Assembly: GCA_951406725.2 (NCBI GenBank)
Contig: OX597814.1
Location: 9,796,001-9,860,000, forward strand
From: Octopus vulgaris
Taxonomy: Eukaryota
Length of the DNA stretch: 64,000 nt
Direction: 5' to 3'
Part shown: one piece after another, positions 24,415 through 38,692 of the stretch
Numbering within the stretch: position 1 is the stretch's first letter
Layout: every line of letters begins with the position of its first letter
Program-made: the position numbers and the translations under genes
The notes under the pieces: generated by a model
The model's input: only the letters and a program-made list of their open reading frames with translations
The model's database searches: none
Told to the model about the DNA's origin: nothing

Positions 24415-25650
24415 AGTTCAAATTCCGCCGAGGTCGACTTTGTCTTTTATCCTTGGGGCTCGATAAAATAAGTGCCAATCAAGCACTGAGGACAACTTAC
24501 TTGAAATCATTAATATTATTATTAGGGCAGCGAGCTAGCGAAATTGTTACCTCACCGGACAAAATGCTGGACAGCATTTCGTCTACTTTTATGCTCTAGG
24601 TTCAAATTACGCTGAGGTTAACTTTGATTTTCATCCTTTCGGGGTCGATAAATTAAGTCGATGTAATCCATTTTCTCTCCTTCAATATTTCAGGCCTTCT
24701 GCTTATAGTGGAAAGTAGAAAGGATTGCTTTAATTATGAAAGTGGCGATAAATTAAATACCAGTTGCATACTGGGGTCGATCTAATTGATTGCCCCCCCC
24801 CCCTCACCCAAAATTTCGGGCCTTGTGCCTAGAGTAGAAAAGATTATTATGAAGGTGGCGAGCTGGCAGAGTCGTTAGCACGCTGGGCGAAATGCTTAGC
24901 CGTATTTCGTCTGCCGCTACGTTCTGAGTTCAAATTCCGCCGAGGTCGACTTTGCCTTTCATCCTTTCGGGGGTCGATTAAATAAGTACCAGCTATGCAC
25001 TGGGGTCAATGTAATCGACTTAATCCGTTTGACTGTCCTTGTTTGTCCCCTGTGTGTTTAGCCCCTTGTGGGTAGCAAAGAAATATGTATTTCGTCTGCT
25101 GCCACATTCTCAGTTCAAATTCCGCCGAGGTCGACTTTGCTTTTCATCCTTCCGGGGTCGATTAAATAAGTACCTGTTACGCACTGGGGTCGATATAATC
25201 GACTTAACCCGTTTGTCTGTCCTTGTTTGTCCTCTCCGTGTTTAGCCCGTTGTGGGTAGTAAAGAAATAGGTATTTCGTCTGCTGCCACATTCTGAGTTC
25301 AAATTCCGCCGAGGTCGACTTTGCCTTTCATCGTTTCGGGGTCGATAAAATAAGTATCAGTCGAGCACTGGGTCGAGGTTATCGACTTACACCCTCCCAA
25401 ATGTTGCTGGCTTCGTGTTAAAATATGAAACCATTACTATTAAGGTGGCGAAATGGCAGAATCGTTCGCACGCCGGACATGATGCTTAGCATTTCGGCTG
25501 GCTTTACTTTCTGAGTTCAAATATCGCCGAGGTCAAATTTGCTTTTTCATCCTTTTGCAGTGATGAAATAAATATCAGTCAATTATGGAGACTATGCCAT
25601 CGACTAACTCTCTAACTCAAAATTGTTGGCCCTCTACCTAAACCAGAAGC
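24415..25650 (+). mobile_element. Cluster of about 6-7 SINE family B units, including a head-to-tail trimer (24855-25435)
   Basis: Repeated gttcaaattccgccgaggtcgactttg; units restart at gtatttcgtctg at 24902, 25087 and 25271. Confidence 0.9.
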
Positions 25651-25809
25651 ATCATTGTTGTTGTTGTTATACACACACGCACATATGTAAGATGCTAGAA
25701 ACCATACATACAGGTATGTGTATGTGTGTGTGTATGTATCTATATACACATATATAGTATATATGTGTATGCATGTATGTATGTTTGGGTGTTTGTGTCT
25801 ATCTATCTA

Positions 25810-25856
<47 letters not shown>

Positions 25857-25857
25857 G

Positions 25858-25954
25858 TTTAAGCCTAGTACTTATTCTATCGATCTCTTTTGCCGAACTG
25901 CTAACTTACTACGACGTAAACACACCAGCATTGGTCGTCAACCGATAATGAGGT

Positions 25955-26028
<74 letters not shown>

Positions 26029-26153
26029 GGACGGACTTCTTTCAGTTTCCGTCTACTAAATCCATTCACAAGTCTTTCGTCAGTCGGAGGCTATAGCAAA
26101 AGACTCTCGTTAAATGTGCCATGTGGTTGGGAAGCAAGCTTCTTACTACACAG
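25858..26153 (-). mobile_element. SINE family A, diverged
   Basis: aagcctagtacttattctatcg...ttcagtttccgtctac...ccatgtggttgg. Confidence 0.8.
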
Positions 26154-26177
26154 CTTCTCTTTCTCTCTCACCCTCTC

Positions 26178-26220
<43 letters not shown>

Positions 26221-26625
26221 CGTATATATATATGTATAGCTTCTACCACATGCTTCAGGCAATACATTTGAAACGAGGGAACAACTGTTTACACCAGCCT
26301 CAGCACTTAGCTGGTACTTTTATTATTTAATACCGATTTGAGAAAGATGAAAAGCAAAGTGAACCTCGACAGAATTTGACTGAATTTGAACAGAAGCCCA
26401 ATAAATAAATAAATAAATAAATAAATAACTACTGCAAGGCATTTTGTTAATCGCTCTCCTGATTCTGCACTTGCACCACCCTTTATTATTTCTAATATTA
26501 CAATTAATTTCCTATTACAAAGTAGATGGTTTTTTCTAATGGCCGTTGCACCATTGTCGGCTGCAATGCACCCGTGTCGCCATCTGTCGATGTTCGTGAA
26601 ATTGATCAGTTTCAGTCAACTGACC

Positions 26626-26677
<52 letters not shown>

Positions 26678-26915
26678 GTATTTCGTTGGCCTTTTTTTCT
26701 TTTTAATTCGTTACTGTTTGTGTGGGCTCCATTTCAATGACCAAATAGGCAAACGTTAAAAGTTTGTAAGTGTGGAAGTAGGTGAGTTTAAGTGTATGTG
26801 AGTGTATATGTGCGTGCGTGTGTGTGTTTGTATGTGTTGTGTGAGGTAGTGTTGTCAAAAGTTAACATTGATCCCCCTGTTATATACGCCAGTATATATA
26901 CATACATATACATAC

Positions 26916-26977
<62 letters not shown>

Positions 26978-27002
26978 GCACACACACACACATATATACA
27001 TA

Positions 27003-27400
27003 TTTTATTCTTTTACTTGTTTCAGTCATTTGACTGTGGCCATGCTGGAGCACCATCTTTTGTCGAACAAATCAACCCCAGAACATATTTTTTGTAAGCC
27101 TAGTACTTATTCTATCAGTCTCTTTGCCGAACCTCTAAGTTACGGGAACGTAAAAACACCAGCATCGGTTGTCATGCGATGGTGGTGGTGATGGTGGTGG
27201 TGGGGCAAACACAGACACACAAACATACACACACACACATACACACATATATACACATATATACATATATACGACGGGCTTCTTTTAGTTTCTGTCAACC
27301 AAATCCACTCACAAGGCTTTGGTTGGCCCGAGCCTAAAAGAGAAGACACATGTCAAAGGTGCCACGCAGTGGGATTGAGCCCGGAACCATGTGGTTGGTA
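27003..27400 (-). mobile_element. SINE family A
   Basis: Colinear with 513-939, lacking the first ~30 nt of the head. Confidence 0.87.
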
Positions 27401-27496
27401 GATAGATAAGATTTACTTGGAAATGGATGCGTGGCGTTCGATCATATAATAATATAAATAGTTTATATATATGCATATACACACATAGCCCCTACA

Positions 27497-27720
27497 TTCG
27501 GAACGCGGTGTAGATAAAACAGGGGACAGCTAATGAAGGGAATGTTCTTTATGTTGCCTGTCAGATTTCTCTATTTGTTTCTTTCGTTGGTTTTCCATGC
27601 TTTTGTTTTTTATATTCTTGTTTCTCAATTTGTTCGCGTTCTTTTGACGTCCTGTACCCATATATGCATGTATATATACATATATATGTAGGCATGTACA
27701 TGTATGTGTGTATATATGCA
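27497..27720 (+). mobile_element. Repeat family H copy 2
   Basis: ttcggaacgcgg...agggg acagctaatgaaggga...gtcctgtacccatatatgcatg. Confidence 0.7.
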
Positions 27721-27783
27721 TATATATATATAATGATAAATCTCAGAGCGAGTTATAAACAGTAGCGGCAACACATCGTGACT

Positions 27784-28025
27784 TATATTTGCCATTTGAA
27801 TTTTTTTAGTCATCCTTCCCGTCTTAGTCATCCTTCCCGATGATAGGTCAATACCTTGAAACTCGAGTCCGTGTGTATCATAAGTTGAAGACGGGAAGGA
27901 TGACTTCCCTTCACAAATACTGATAGGGCACAGAAAGTGTGTCTATACCCAGCTGGAGGAGGTGTCTTCCTGGGGCTACAAACTACAGTAGCATCCACCC
28001 TTAGGGGTTAGCCATATTCAAATGG

Positions 28026-28033
<8 letters not shown>
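27784..28033. mobile_element. Nested inverted-repeat module with a hammerhead-like core
   Basis: Outer 18-bp IR 27784-27801/28016-28033; inner 18-bp IR 27808-27825/27888-27905; CCGATGA-T-AGG..CCT-T-GAAACTCGAGTC at 27837-27869. Confidence 0.65.
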
Positions 28034-28068
<35 letters not shown>

Positions 28069-28717
28069 GCGGGCAGTACCATGTAAACACTGATGTGTGC
28101 GGATCTATATCTACGTCCGAGCGTGGATGTATCTAAACGTATATGTACGAGTGTGTGTATGTGTATGTATGTGTGTGCGTGTGTACGCGCGCGTGTGTGT
28201 GTGTATATGTGCATATGTGCACGAGTGATATGTTTTGGACTAGAATACGTTGCCATATTCGCGGGCACTGTATGCGTATACGTGCAGGTACACATACATA
28301 CATACATACATACATACACACACACACAGACACACACACACACACATATATATATGCATGCAGACAGAATTCACACACGCACACACACATACACACACAT
28401 ATATAGTTTACTTTCCGTACTCCATCAAGTGAGAGATAAATATTATTTTATGCACACAGTATACAGTTAATAGCTAATAATAGGTTCATGCGTTGGAGAT
28501 GTAGTCTCGACAAGTTGTAATAACACACCTTGTGAATACAGGCTCTAAATGCATGGCTTATACAATTCAAAAATACATATAAACATATATGTGTGTGTAT
28601 GTATGTATGCATGTATGTATGTTTGTATGCACGCGCATATTTGAATGTTACTAAATAATTATATATCCCAAGCGTTTTCCCACCATGTCTGCAGTCCAAT
28701 GACTGAAACAAGTTAAA

Positions 28718-28771
<54 letters not shown>

Positions 28772-28812
28772 TTATAAATAGATATGTGTGTGTGTGTATG
28801 TACGTATGTATG

Positions 28813-28851
<39 letters not shown>

Positions 28852-28853
28852 TA

Positions 28854-28914
<61 letters not shown>

Positions 28915-29296
28915 GTGTGCATGTGTGTGTGTTTGTATTTATCCACATGTACACATATATTTGAAGGTTAATTACGTGACTTGATGTTCTGAGTTCAGAC
29001 CTTACCGAAACCAACTATGGCTCACAGCCTTTTGCGGTCGACCAAATAGCGAACCTTTTAAATATCGGAGGTCTATTTAATCGGCTACATCCTTCTCCCA
29101 AATTGCTGGATGTGCTTGTGTACAAGACTGTGGCGAGTTTCTACGTCATCATTAGGTGTATGCACCTCCGTATTCCCGATGTGTTTGCAACATTGTCCTT
29201 TTCTGTGGTATAAATATACCACTCATTAGTTTTACTTTGTTAAGGGATTTACTTTGGTGTTTCTTTGTTTCTTGTATTGTTTTAGCAATTTCTTAG

Positions 29297-29692
29297 AGCT
29301 GCGAGCTGGCAGGATCGCTAGCACACCGGGAGAAATGATTAACGGTATTTCGTCTGCCGCTACGTTCTGAGTTCAAATTCCGCTGAGGTCGACTTTCTCT
29401 TTCATCCTTTCGGGGTCGATTAAATAAGTACCAGTTACACTCTGGGGTCGATATAATCGACTTAATCCGTTTGTCTGTCCTTGTTTGTCCTCTCTGTGTT
29501 TAGCCCCTTATGGGTAGTAAAGAAATAGGTATTTCGTCTGCCGCTATGTTCTGAGTTCAAATTCCGCCGAGGTCGACTTTGACTTTCGTCTTTTCGGGCT
29601 CGATAAATTAAGTACCATTTGAGTGGTGGGGTCAATGTAATCCACTATCCCCACCGCTCCAAATTTCAAACCTTGTGCCTATAATACAAAGG
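29297..29692 (+). mobile_element. SINE family B dimer
   Basis: Units restart at gtatttcgtctg at 29345 and 29529. Confidence 0.88.
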
Positions 29693-30813
29693 TTTGTTTT
29701 CGTAATTTCTTTTGTGTAGCTTATATTCGATGTGAGTTTTGATATTTTACAAATGTTTATGGTTCTCATGTTTGATTCTATACACCTATAGATGGTAAAA
29801 GATGGTGATTATGTGGAGCGCTGGTTGTCAACAAGTTTTTGCCTATAGAAATCCTTTGATTCCTATCTTACTCGGACGGAGGCCCCTAGCCATTCGAAGT
29901 TTTAAAAAATCCTATTATAATTTTATACTTAAACATTATAAAGAATTATAAAAAAATAATTATTAAAATATTTTGTGTATTGTAGATGTGTGAATAATTT
30001 ATTGAATATACATTTTAACAACAAAATCTTATATGGAACTCGGATGAGAGTCACTGATGTAGAGTTTGTGTCGTGATGGTTTGTGTAATATTAATGGGTT
30101 GCAGCTGTGTAGAATACGATTTATATGAGTTGTTGATGCTGCAGTGTCAGGTCTCGGTTGTGTGCGTACACTGTTATTTAATTGGGTGCTGATTGTGTAA
30201 TGAATATATAGTGTGGGTTATGTTAATTCATTAGGCAATTATTGTATAGGGTATGTATTGTATTTTGTGCAGTAAGGGTATTATATGAATTGTTCTGTTG
30301 AGTTGAGAGTGCTTGACATCTGTTTTGGGTCAGTGACGCTTGAGGTAGCCCTAGAATTTGCATGAGCCCCACTTCACGCCACTGGCAAACAGCTTATACA
30401 AGCTTGTATAGTAGACCCAAAAGCGCTGCCCACATAAAAGCGTCGCTCGGGATGGACCGCCCCTCGCCTACCAGCTAAGCTACAGCTGTGGGCTGAGCCA
30501 AACAGAGCTATGTTTTGGACTGTGTGTTTGTATGTTGTTATATATATATATTTTACCATACCCAACGTTGTAGTTATTGATACTGTTTTTTCTTTCATAG
30601 TCAATATTTTGTTCAAAAGGTATCAGTGTGCAGGTATTTTCCTATCAGTCCTTGATTATAATAGGATGAAACTGTTTAAAGATGATATATAAGCTGCTCA
30701 GAATTTGAAAAAAATATTAATAAAATAACCATTATAAAAAAAAAAGAAGACAAATTTTGAAGGCAAGAATAAAAGGCGAGAATAAAAAGGCAAAAATAAA
30801 AAGGCAAGAATTA

Positions 30814-31180
30814 AGGCGGCGAGCTGACAGAAACGTCTACTGCTACGTTCTGAGTTCAAATTCTGCCGAGGTCGACTTTGCCTTTCATCCTTCCGAGGTC
30901 GATAAATTAAGTAACAGTTACGCACTAGTGTTAACGACTTAATCCGTTTGTCTGTCCTTGTTTGTCCCCTCCGTGTTTAGCCCCTTGTGGGTAGTAAAGA
31001 AAAAGGTATTTCGTCTGCCGTTACGTTCTGAGTTCAAAATCCGCCGAGGTTGACTTTGCCTTTCATCGTTTCGAGGTCGATAAATTCAGTACCAGTTACG
31101 CACTGGAGTCGATGTAATCGACTTAATGTCTTTGTTTGTCCCCTCTATGTTTAGCCCTTTGTGGGCAATAAAGAAATAAG
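30814..31180 (+). mobile_element. SINE family B dimer
   Basis: Head ggcggcgagctgacag, internal junction gtaaagaaaaaggtatttcgtc; probable TSD aagaataaaaggc. Confidence 0.88.
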
Positions 31181-31633
31181 AATAAAAGGCTAACCAGTGT
31201 TATTTTTTGCCACTTTTGTTGGTAAGAATTTAATAGTTGAAAACATCCTGTATATCACACGGATATATTCGACCTTCTCTCATCCACTGTTACAGAGGAT
31301 CGACATAGAATTAAGGAAATTCTGAAGTATCGTGCTGTATTGTTTGTAAAATATACTATAAGGAGACAATTAAGCCAGTTTAATTAATTTTAGTAATCAC
31401 AGATATTAATTATACTGAAAGAAAACTGAAACATGCTGAAGTTACAGAAATTGGTGGAAGCAAAGTTGGAATGGTCCAAAAGTCCTTCTAAAAATTACTT
31501 CACTGAATTTTATTATTATAGGCACAAGCGTGGCTGTGTGGTTGAGAAGCTTGTTTCACAACCGCGGGTTCTTGGGTTTAGTCCCAACCCAACCAACCAA
31601 CGCTTATATAAAACGAATACTATTACATAGAAT

Positions 31634-31721
31634 TTCTTCTTCTTCTTCTTCTTCTTCTTCTTCTTCTTCTTCTTCTTCTTCTTCTTCTTCTTCTTCTTCT
31701 TCTTCTTCTTCTTCTTCTTCT
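31634..31721. repeat. (TTC)n microsatellite
   Basis: Perfect run. Confidence 0.97.
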
Positions 31722-31979
31722 TGCTTAGTGGTTAGGGTGCTGCACTCAGGATCTAGTGACTGTCAGTTTAATTCCTAGACCGGCTAGTGCGTTATGTTCT
31801 TGAGCAAAACACTTCATCTCATGCTGCTCTGACCCGTGGTACAATGTGCCACTCTTCAGCCAACGTCGTTGAGGGAGAGGGTGAACTAATGTGCGGCACT
31901 ATAAAAAAATAGTCTGTGCTGATCGTTCGGCAAAAGTTGAACGTTCATATGTCGTCTTCCACGAGAGAGTCCATCACTG

Positions 31980-32026
<47 letters not shown>

Positions 32027-32602
32027 GAATGAGAGTACAGCGCATACCATCAAAGTGACACTGGGGTAGAAATATACGAAACCTAATATAATGTCCATCA
32101 TGACTACCCGTCTGATATGGGTACACCAGGCAAATGCATCAAAGCCATATATACACGACATAGTAATCTCTTATCAAGATAAACAAGTCATGATCTTGAA
32201 GATGGGGGCTCAGTTAGAATTTTCTTCAAGTTGAGTCGCCCATCCTGCTCAAAAGGTCCTTGAATAATATTTATTTAAGGATGTTGAACGAAACACCCAT
32301 GTTTCCAGAGACGTATTATTCAAATCCGTAAAAATTCACCTCGGCACATAGCTATCATGCTCCTCCACTACCTCTGCTCGTGATCAGAGATGCACATATC
32401 GTCAGCTACTAAGTGACATTGTCGACAGGTTAAGGTCAAGCAAATGACCAGCAAATCTATGGTACTGAGCAAAATATTTGCTGTAGTCAATCCTTTACAA
32501 CAAGACAAAGCATGTTCATGATAACACTTCCAGTCAGTTCTTCCAGTCAAGATAACACTTTCAGAAGCTGTGAGAGCCACTGTCTGGTTTTGCATCAGGG
32601 CA
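32027..32602. mobile_element. TAA-embedded ~555-bp non-coding element, diverged copy
   Basis: Colinear with 32770-33324 and 42111-42665; (TTA)n on both sides. Confidence 0.85.
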
Positions 32603-32734
32603 TTAATTATTATTATCATTATTATTATTATTAACAGTGAAGACGAAGAGCGCAATTCGATAGTCAGATATTTTATTAGTTGAACGATATTTCAACAGTA
32701 CGTCTGTGTTTGTCAAGTTCAAAATAAGAAATTA

Positions 32735-32769
<35 letters not shown>

Positions 32770-33322
32770 GAGTGAGAGAGCAGTTCATGCCATCAAAGTG
32801 ACACTGGGGTAAAATATACGAAGCCCAATATACCCATCATGACTACCCGTCTGATAAGGGTACACTAGGCACATGCATCACAACCATATGTGCGCGACAT
32901 GGTGATCTCATATCAAGATAAACAGCACATGACCTTGCAGGTGGGGCCCAGTTAGAATTTTCTTCAGGCTGAGTAGCCCATCCCGCTCAAAAGGTCCCTG
33001 AATAAGGGTTGTTTAAGGATGTTGAAAGAACCACCCATGTTTCTAGAGGTGAACTATTCAAACCCCAAATAATCCTTCTCAATACATGGCTATGATGCTC
33101 CCCCACTACTTCTGCTCGTGATCAGAGATGCACATATCGTCACCCACTAAAGGACATGCTCAAATGGTTAAGGTCAAACAACTGACAAGCAAATCTGTGG
33201 TATTGAGCAGAATATTTGCTGTAGCCAATCTTTTATACCAAGACAAAACAATGTACATGATAACACTTCCAATCAGTTAAGATCAGAAGTCATGAGAGCC
33301 ACTGCCTGGTACTGCATCAGGG

Positions 33323-33324
<2 letters not shown>
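32770..33324. mobile_element. TAA-embedded 555-bp non-coding element
   Basis: gagtgagagagcagttcatgcc...gtactgcatcagggca between two (TTA)n arrays. Confidence 0.9.
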
Positions 33325-33380
<56 letters not shown>

Positions 33381-33382
<2 letters not shown>

Positions 33383-33970
33383 GATCTTTCAATTCTGTTT
33401 CCTTTTCTTGCCGAGTGTCTTCCTGACACTTAGGGCAGAGAAATGCTTTGTATACATTAGTAGACAATTAATATAAACACCAGATTATTCTTTTACAAAG
33501 TCATGTGATAGAGAAGAAGGGAGAGAAAGACAGAGAGAGAAATGAAAAATAAAAAAAGTAAATCAAGAAAACAAAGGGTTAAAAACAAAAAATTCACAGT
33601 GACACTGCGCTTCTCTACGTGTGACGTACCAGTTAAGACAATCTTTTGTGCTTCTTGCATGGGTGGTAAGATAGGGATTATTCCTATCTTCAGTTCCTTT
33701 TTTGATCATTCCAAGTACTCCTACAATCACTGGTAGTGTAACCATCTTGAGATGCCACATCTTTTCGATTTCGATTAGCAAATCTTTGTATATTCTTTTG
33801 CCGAGTCATAGGGTATGCTCATGTCAATCAATAAACAGACTTTATTGTTTTGGTCTTTCACAACAATATCTGGTTTATTTGCTTTGACGGTCTGGTCTGC
33901 ATACACACTGGAAAGTCTCAAAGAATAGTTACATTTTCTCCCTCAGTTACAGACTCAGGGTGGTGCTTGT
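33381..33970 (-). mobile_element. Degenerate RLE-type (Dong-like) LINE 3' end
   Basis: Minus frames KANKPDIVVKD...LLIDMSIP...YKDLLIEIEKMWHLK..PVIVGVLG..KIVLTGT; 3' end abuts (TAA)n. Confidence 0.8.
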
Positions 33971-34964
33971 TGAAACAGGCACCTATATATCTGTGGCTTT
34001 CGGTTGTCTAAAATTACCTCAAATTTGCAAAATCTAAACGCTATTAACTCCTTATTTATTAATTTATGGCAAAAATGAATTTCATGTCAATAATCGTCAT
34101 ACAAAACTACATTAATACACCAAATATAAAATCAATTGGAACAAAATTGAAGAAATTGAAAAGTGGCAGCCGAACAGAAAAGATCCGAGGAAGAAAAGAA
34201 GGCAGAGGAAAATTTGTAAGTTATAAAAGAGGTGAAAGTGAAGGCGAGAAGGAGGTGAGGATAAAGAAGGTAGGAGCGTGTAGATGAAAGAAGACGTAGA
34301 CGAAGATATGAAGATGGAGAAAGTGGTTGAGGAAATTATGAAAATGGAAGCACAAAGTAAAGTTGGAGGAAGAAATGAAGGCAAATGTAGAGGAAATGGT
34401 GAAAGAAGAGACGGAAGCGGAGGAGGTGACTGTAGGTGAAGGGACAGTTAAAGGTGATGGTAGATGTGAAAGTGAAAGTAGAGGAGGAAGTGGAGTTGAA
34501 AGAATGAGTGAAAACAGAGGAAGCAGTGGAGTTGGAGGAAGAAGTGAATGCGGAAATGGGGAGTAACAGATGAAGTTGGGAAACGTAGAGATAAAAGGTA
34601 GAGGTAAAAGGTGAACATGGAGGAAAAAGGTGAACGTGAACGCGGAGGAAAAAGAACTAGTGAACGTGGAGGAATAGGTGAATGTGGAGGAAGGTGCAGA
34701 TTTGGCGGAAAGAGGCAAAGTTGTAAGCGAAGGCAGTGTCGTTGGACGGAGAAACAAAGGTGCGGAAGAGGAAGTGGGTGGAAGAAAAGTTGTTGGCGTA
34801 GGGAAATGGTGGAAACAATAAATAAAGGCAAAGAATAACGCAAAAAGAAAAGAAAAGAAGCTATGAAAATTAGAAAAAAATGAATAAAAAATGTTAACTA
34901 AATGAACAACAACAACAACAACAATTACATTAGAATAGTGTGTTTGTGTGTGTGCAAAATAATA

Positions 34965-35655
<691 letters not shown>

Positions 35656-36179
35656 AGTGCAACAAAGAGGAAGATAAAAACGCCAAAGTAAATTAAATTT
35701 AATCCCTAGCAGCTTTAGATGGTCCAACTGCTAACTGTTATATATACGGTCACAGACCATTAACTATGAAAACAAAAGCGGGCAACTGACATCGTGTCCC
35801 TGTTTGCAGCTCTATTAGACTCTTCGTCTCCCGGCATTAGAATTCAATTTGATATGCCTCATCACATTTTCGTCGTGAGGACGCGGTGGAGGATGGGATG
35901 GGGGAAGGTTCGATAGTAGGGGAGAAGATGAAGATGTTGTTGGCTGACGATGACGATGATGATGATGATGATGAGAGTGAAAAGAAAGCGAGGAGTAAGG
36001 AGAGCGAGTGAGTGAGTGAGTGAATGTGTGTCGGACTGTTAGGTAACGGAGTGTTTGTTAGTATTGGTTTTGTTAGATACTGGTGGCGATGTTGTTGGTT
36101 GGTTGCTTTTTAGTTGTTTTACTTGGTGTTTGTATTGCTTGTAGCATCATTGATGGTTTGGTGGCTTTGGCGGTGATGT

Positions 36180-37480
36180 CGACGATGGTAGTATTGGTGG
36201 CGGCGGTGGTGGTGGCGGCGGCGGCGGCGGCGGTGGTGGTGGCGGCGGCGGCGGCGGTGGTGGTGTTGGTGTTGGTGGTGGTGGTGGTGGTGGTGGTGGT
36301 GGTGGTGGTGGTGGTGGTGGCGGTGGTGGTGGTGGTGGTGGTGGTATTTGTAGTATTATCGGTGGAGTGGATTGGGCTGGGTTCGGTGGTTATGATGATG
36401 CTACGGTGGCGTTGGTGATTGGAGGAAGCGAGTGATGGTAGCGATGATGGTATTGTTGTTGGTGGTGGTGGCGGTGATAGAACTGGTGGTGATGGAGGTA
36501 TTGATGGTGGTGGTGGTGGAGGTGGTGGTGTTCTTTATAAGATCGGTGGTATACGTTTGGTGGTAGTGATAATGATGATGGTGGTGACGGAAGTATTAGT
36601 AGTTGTGGTGGTGGTGGTGGTAGTGGTGGTAGTTGTGGTGGTGGTGGTGGTTGTGGCAGTGGTGGTGGTGGTGGCAGTGGTGGTAGTTGTGGTGGTGTTT
36701 GTGGCAGTGGTGGTAGTTGTGGTGGTGGTGGTTGTGGCAGTGGTGGTGGTGGTGGCAGTGGTGGTAGTTGTGGTGGTGTTTGTGGCAGTGGTGGTAGTTG
36801 TGGTGGTGGTGGTTGTGGCAGTGGTGGTGGTGGTGGCAGTGGTGGTAGTTGTGGTCGTGGTCGTGGCAGTGGTGGTAGTCGTGGTGGTGGTCGTGGTGGC
36901 AGTGGTGGTCGTGGTGGCAGTGGTGGTGGTCGTGGTGGTGGTGTAGTTCTTTATAGAACTGAGGGAGTGAATATGTTGTGGTAGCGATAATGGTGGTGGA
37001 TGGTGATGTCAGTTGTGTTAGACGCATTGTTAGTGGTTGTGGTGGTGGTGGTGGTGGTGGCGTTAGTGTTGCTCGTAGTAATGGCCTTACTGTTGGTGGT
37101 GATGGTAGTAGTGGTGGTAGCGGTGATATTGAAAGAGGAGGAAAAGGTGGGCGATGATGGTAGCGGTGGTATAGTTTGAAGTATTGGTTGAGTGACTGAT
37201 GGTAGCGATAATGTTGATGGTGGTGGTGATGATAGCGCTTATGGCGATGAGATACACTAGCGATGTATTGGTGGTCGTGTTGTTCGTAGTATTGGTGGGG
37301 TGATGGTGGAGGTATCGTCTGTAGTAATGGTGAAGTGAGTGGTATTGGTGTAGCATTGGTGACGTAGGTAGTGGTGATGTCGATGGCGGTGTTGGGTAAG
37401 AAGGCAGAGGTGATGGTAGAGTGGGGGATGGTGTCGATATTGATGAAGATGATGGCGGTATCACTGGATTAGAGAACTAG
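36180..37480. repeat. (GGT)n/(GGC)n array and degenerate GGT-rich tract
   Basis: Direct inspection; ~63-bp higher-order unit around 36630-36850. Confidence 0.9.
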
Positions 37481-38018
37481 AAGTTGTTGGCCATGGCAAG
37501 AATTGTGGTTACGACTGTAATATTACTGTTGTCCCCGGTCGATCAGAGGCAATCAGGACATGATCATCCTATGTTTTTCTTACGTACAAAAGACACTGGA
37601 CTTCATTATCCAATGTGTCCTCTTCGAAGACGATGTGGCGTGACTTGAACGTGATTTGAACGAGATTTGGACATTACTTGCAACAGGTCGAACGACAAGA
37701 ATTTCACTCGTTTGCTTATAAGATGTCGATGTAGATGAAGATGGTTGTGATGAAGGCAGTATTACTAGTTTGGTGAAATTGGTGATTGTGTCCATGGTGA
37801 TTAGTAACAGTAATATTAATTGTTTGATGGTGGTGATAGTGACCAAGATGGCGGTAATAGTAGGAGGATAAGTAGCTTTATAGAGTGGATGATGACGGAA
37901 ATGGTGAAAGTGGTGATAGTGGTGTTGGTGGCATTAATTCCTTACTGAATTGGACGATGGTCAGTCGTACTGGCAGTAGTAAGGATGAAAATGTTAATCG
38001 TACTTATTAATGGCGGGC

Positions 38019-38073
<55 letters not shown>

Positions 38074-38523
38074 AGAGAGAGAGAGAGAAGCGGTCATAAC
38101 AGGAATTGGAAGTGGCGATACTATTGATGAAGGTAATGGCTGTGTTGTAGAAATGGCGGCTGGTATGTTTGCTGGTGATGGAAATGTGATGGCGGTGTTG
38201 TGGGATTGTGAGCTATTAACAAGAGAGGTACACAACTGTCAAACGGTCTCTTTCTCTGTCTTTATATGATTATTCTCCCTTTTATTTGCTAGGTTTTCAT
38301 TCTGGTTTTCTTTTTTCTTTCGTTCTTTATCTCTTTCGCTCCATAAATACCTCCATCCCCCCTTTTGTGTGGGGGTTTGTGTGTGAGTATATACACATAC
38401 TTGTCAGAGTATTAGAATAAAAGAGATACAGTAGTCAATACGTTGTATATTTATACCTTTAAATCTCTTTCATTCTTTCTTTCATATTGTTTCTTTCTTT
38501 TCCTCTCTCTCACCCTCCATGCG

Positions 38524-38639
<116 letters not shown>

Positions 38640-38692
38640 AATAAGCCTATATATGTATAAATAAGCAAGCTACTTATCATACAGCCACTTCT

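Noticed and set aside
24415-25650. Regularly spaced repeats resembling a CRISPR array
   Set aside because: Units are 184-185-bp SINE bodies without unique spacers; eukaryotic context and no cas genes.
34200-34840. Glu/Gly-rich and Ser/Phe/Pro-rich ORFs
   Set aside because: Degenerate purine-rich low-complexity tract with frequent stops and no recognisable domain.
36083-37464. Poly-Val/Gly ORFs and a His/Cys-rich ORF (possible metal-binding or beak-type protein)
   Set aside because: Explained by the (GGT)n array; neighbouring degenerate GGT sequence has stops in all frames and there is no signal peptide or exon evidence.
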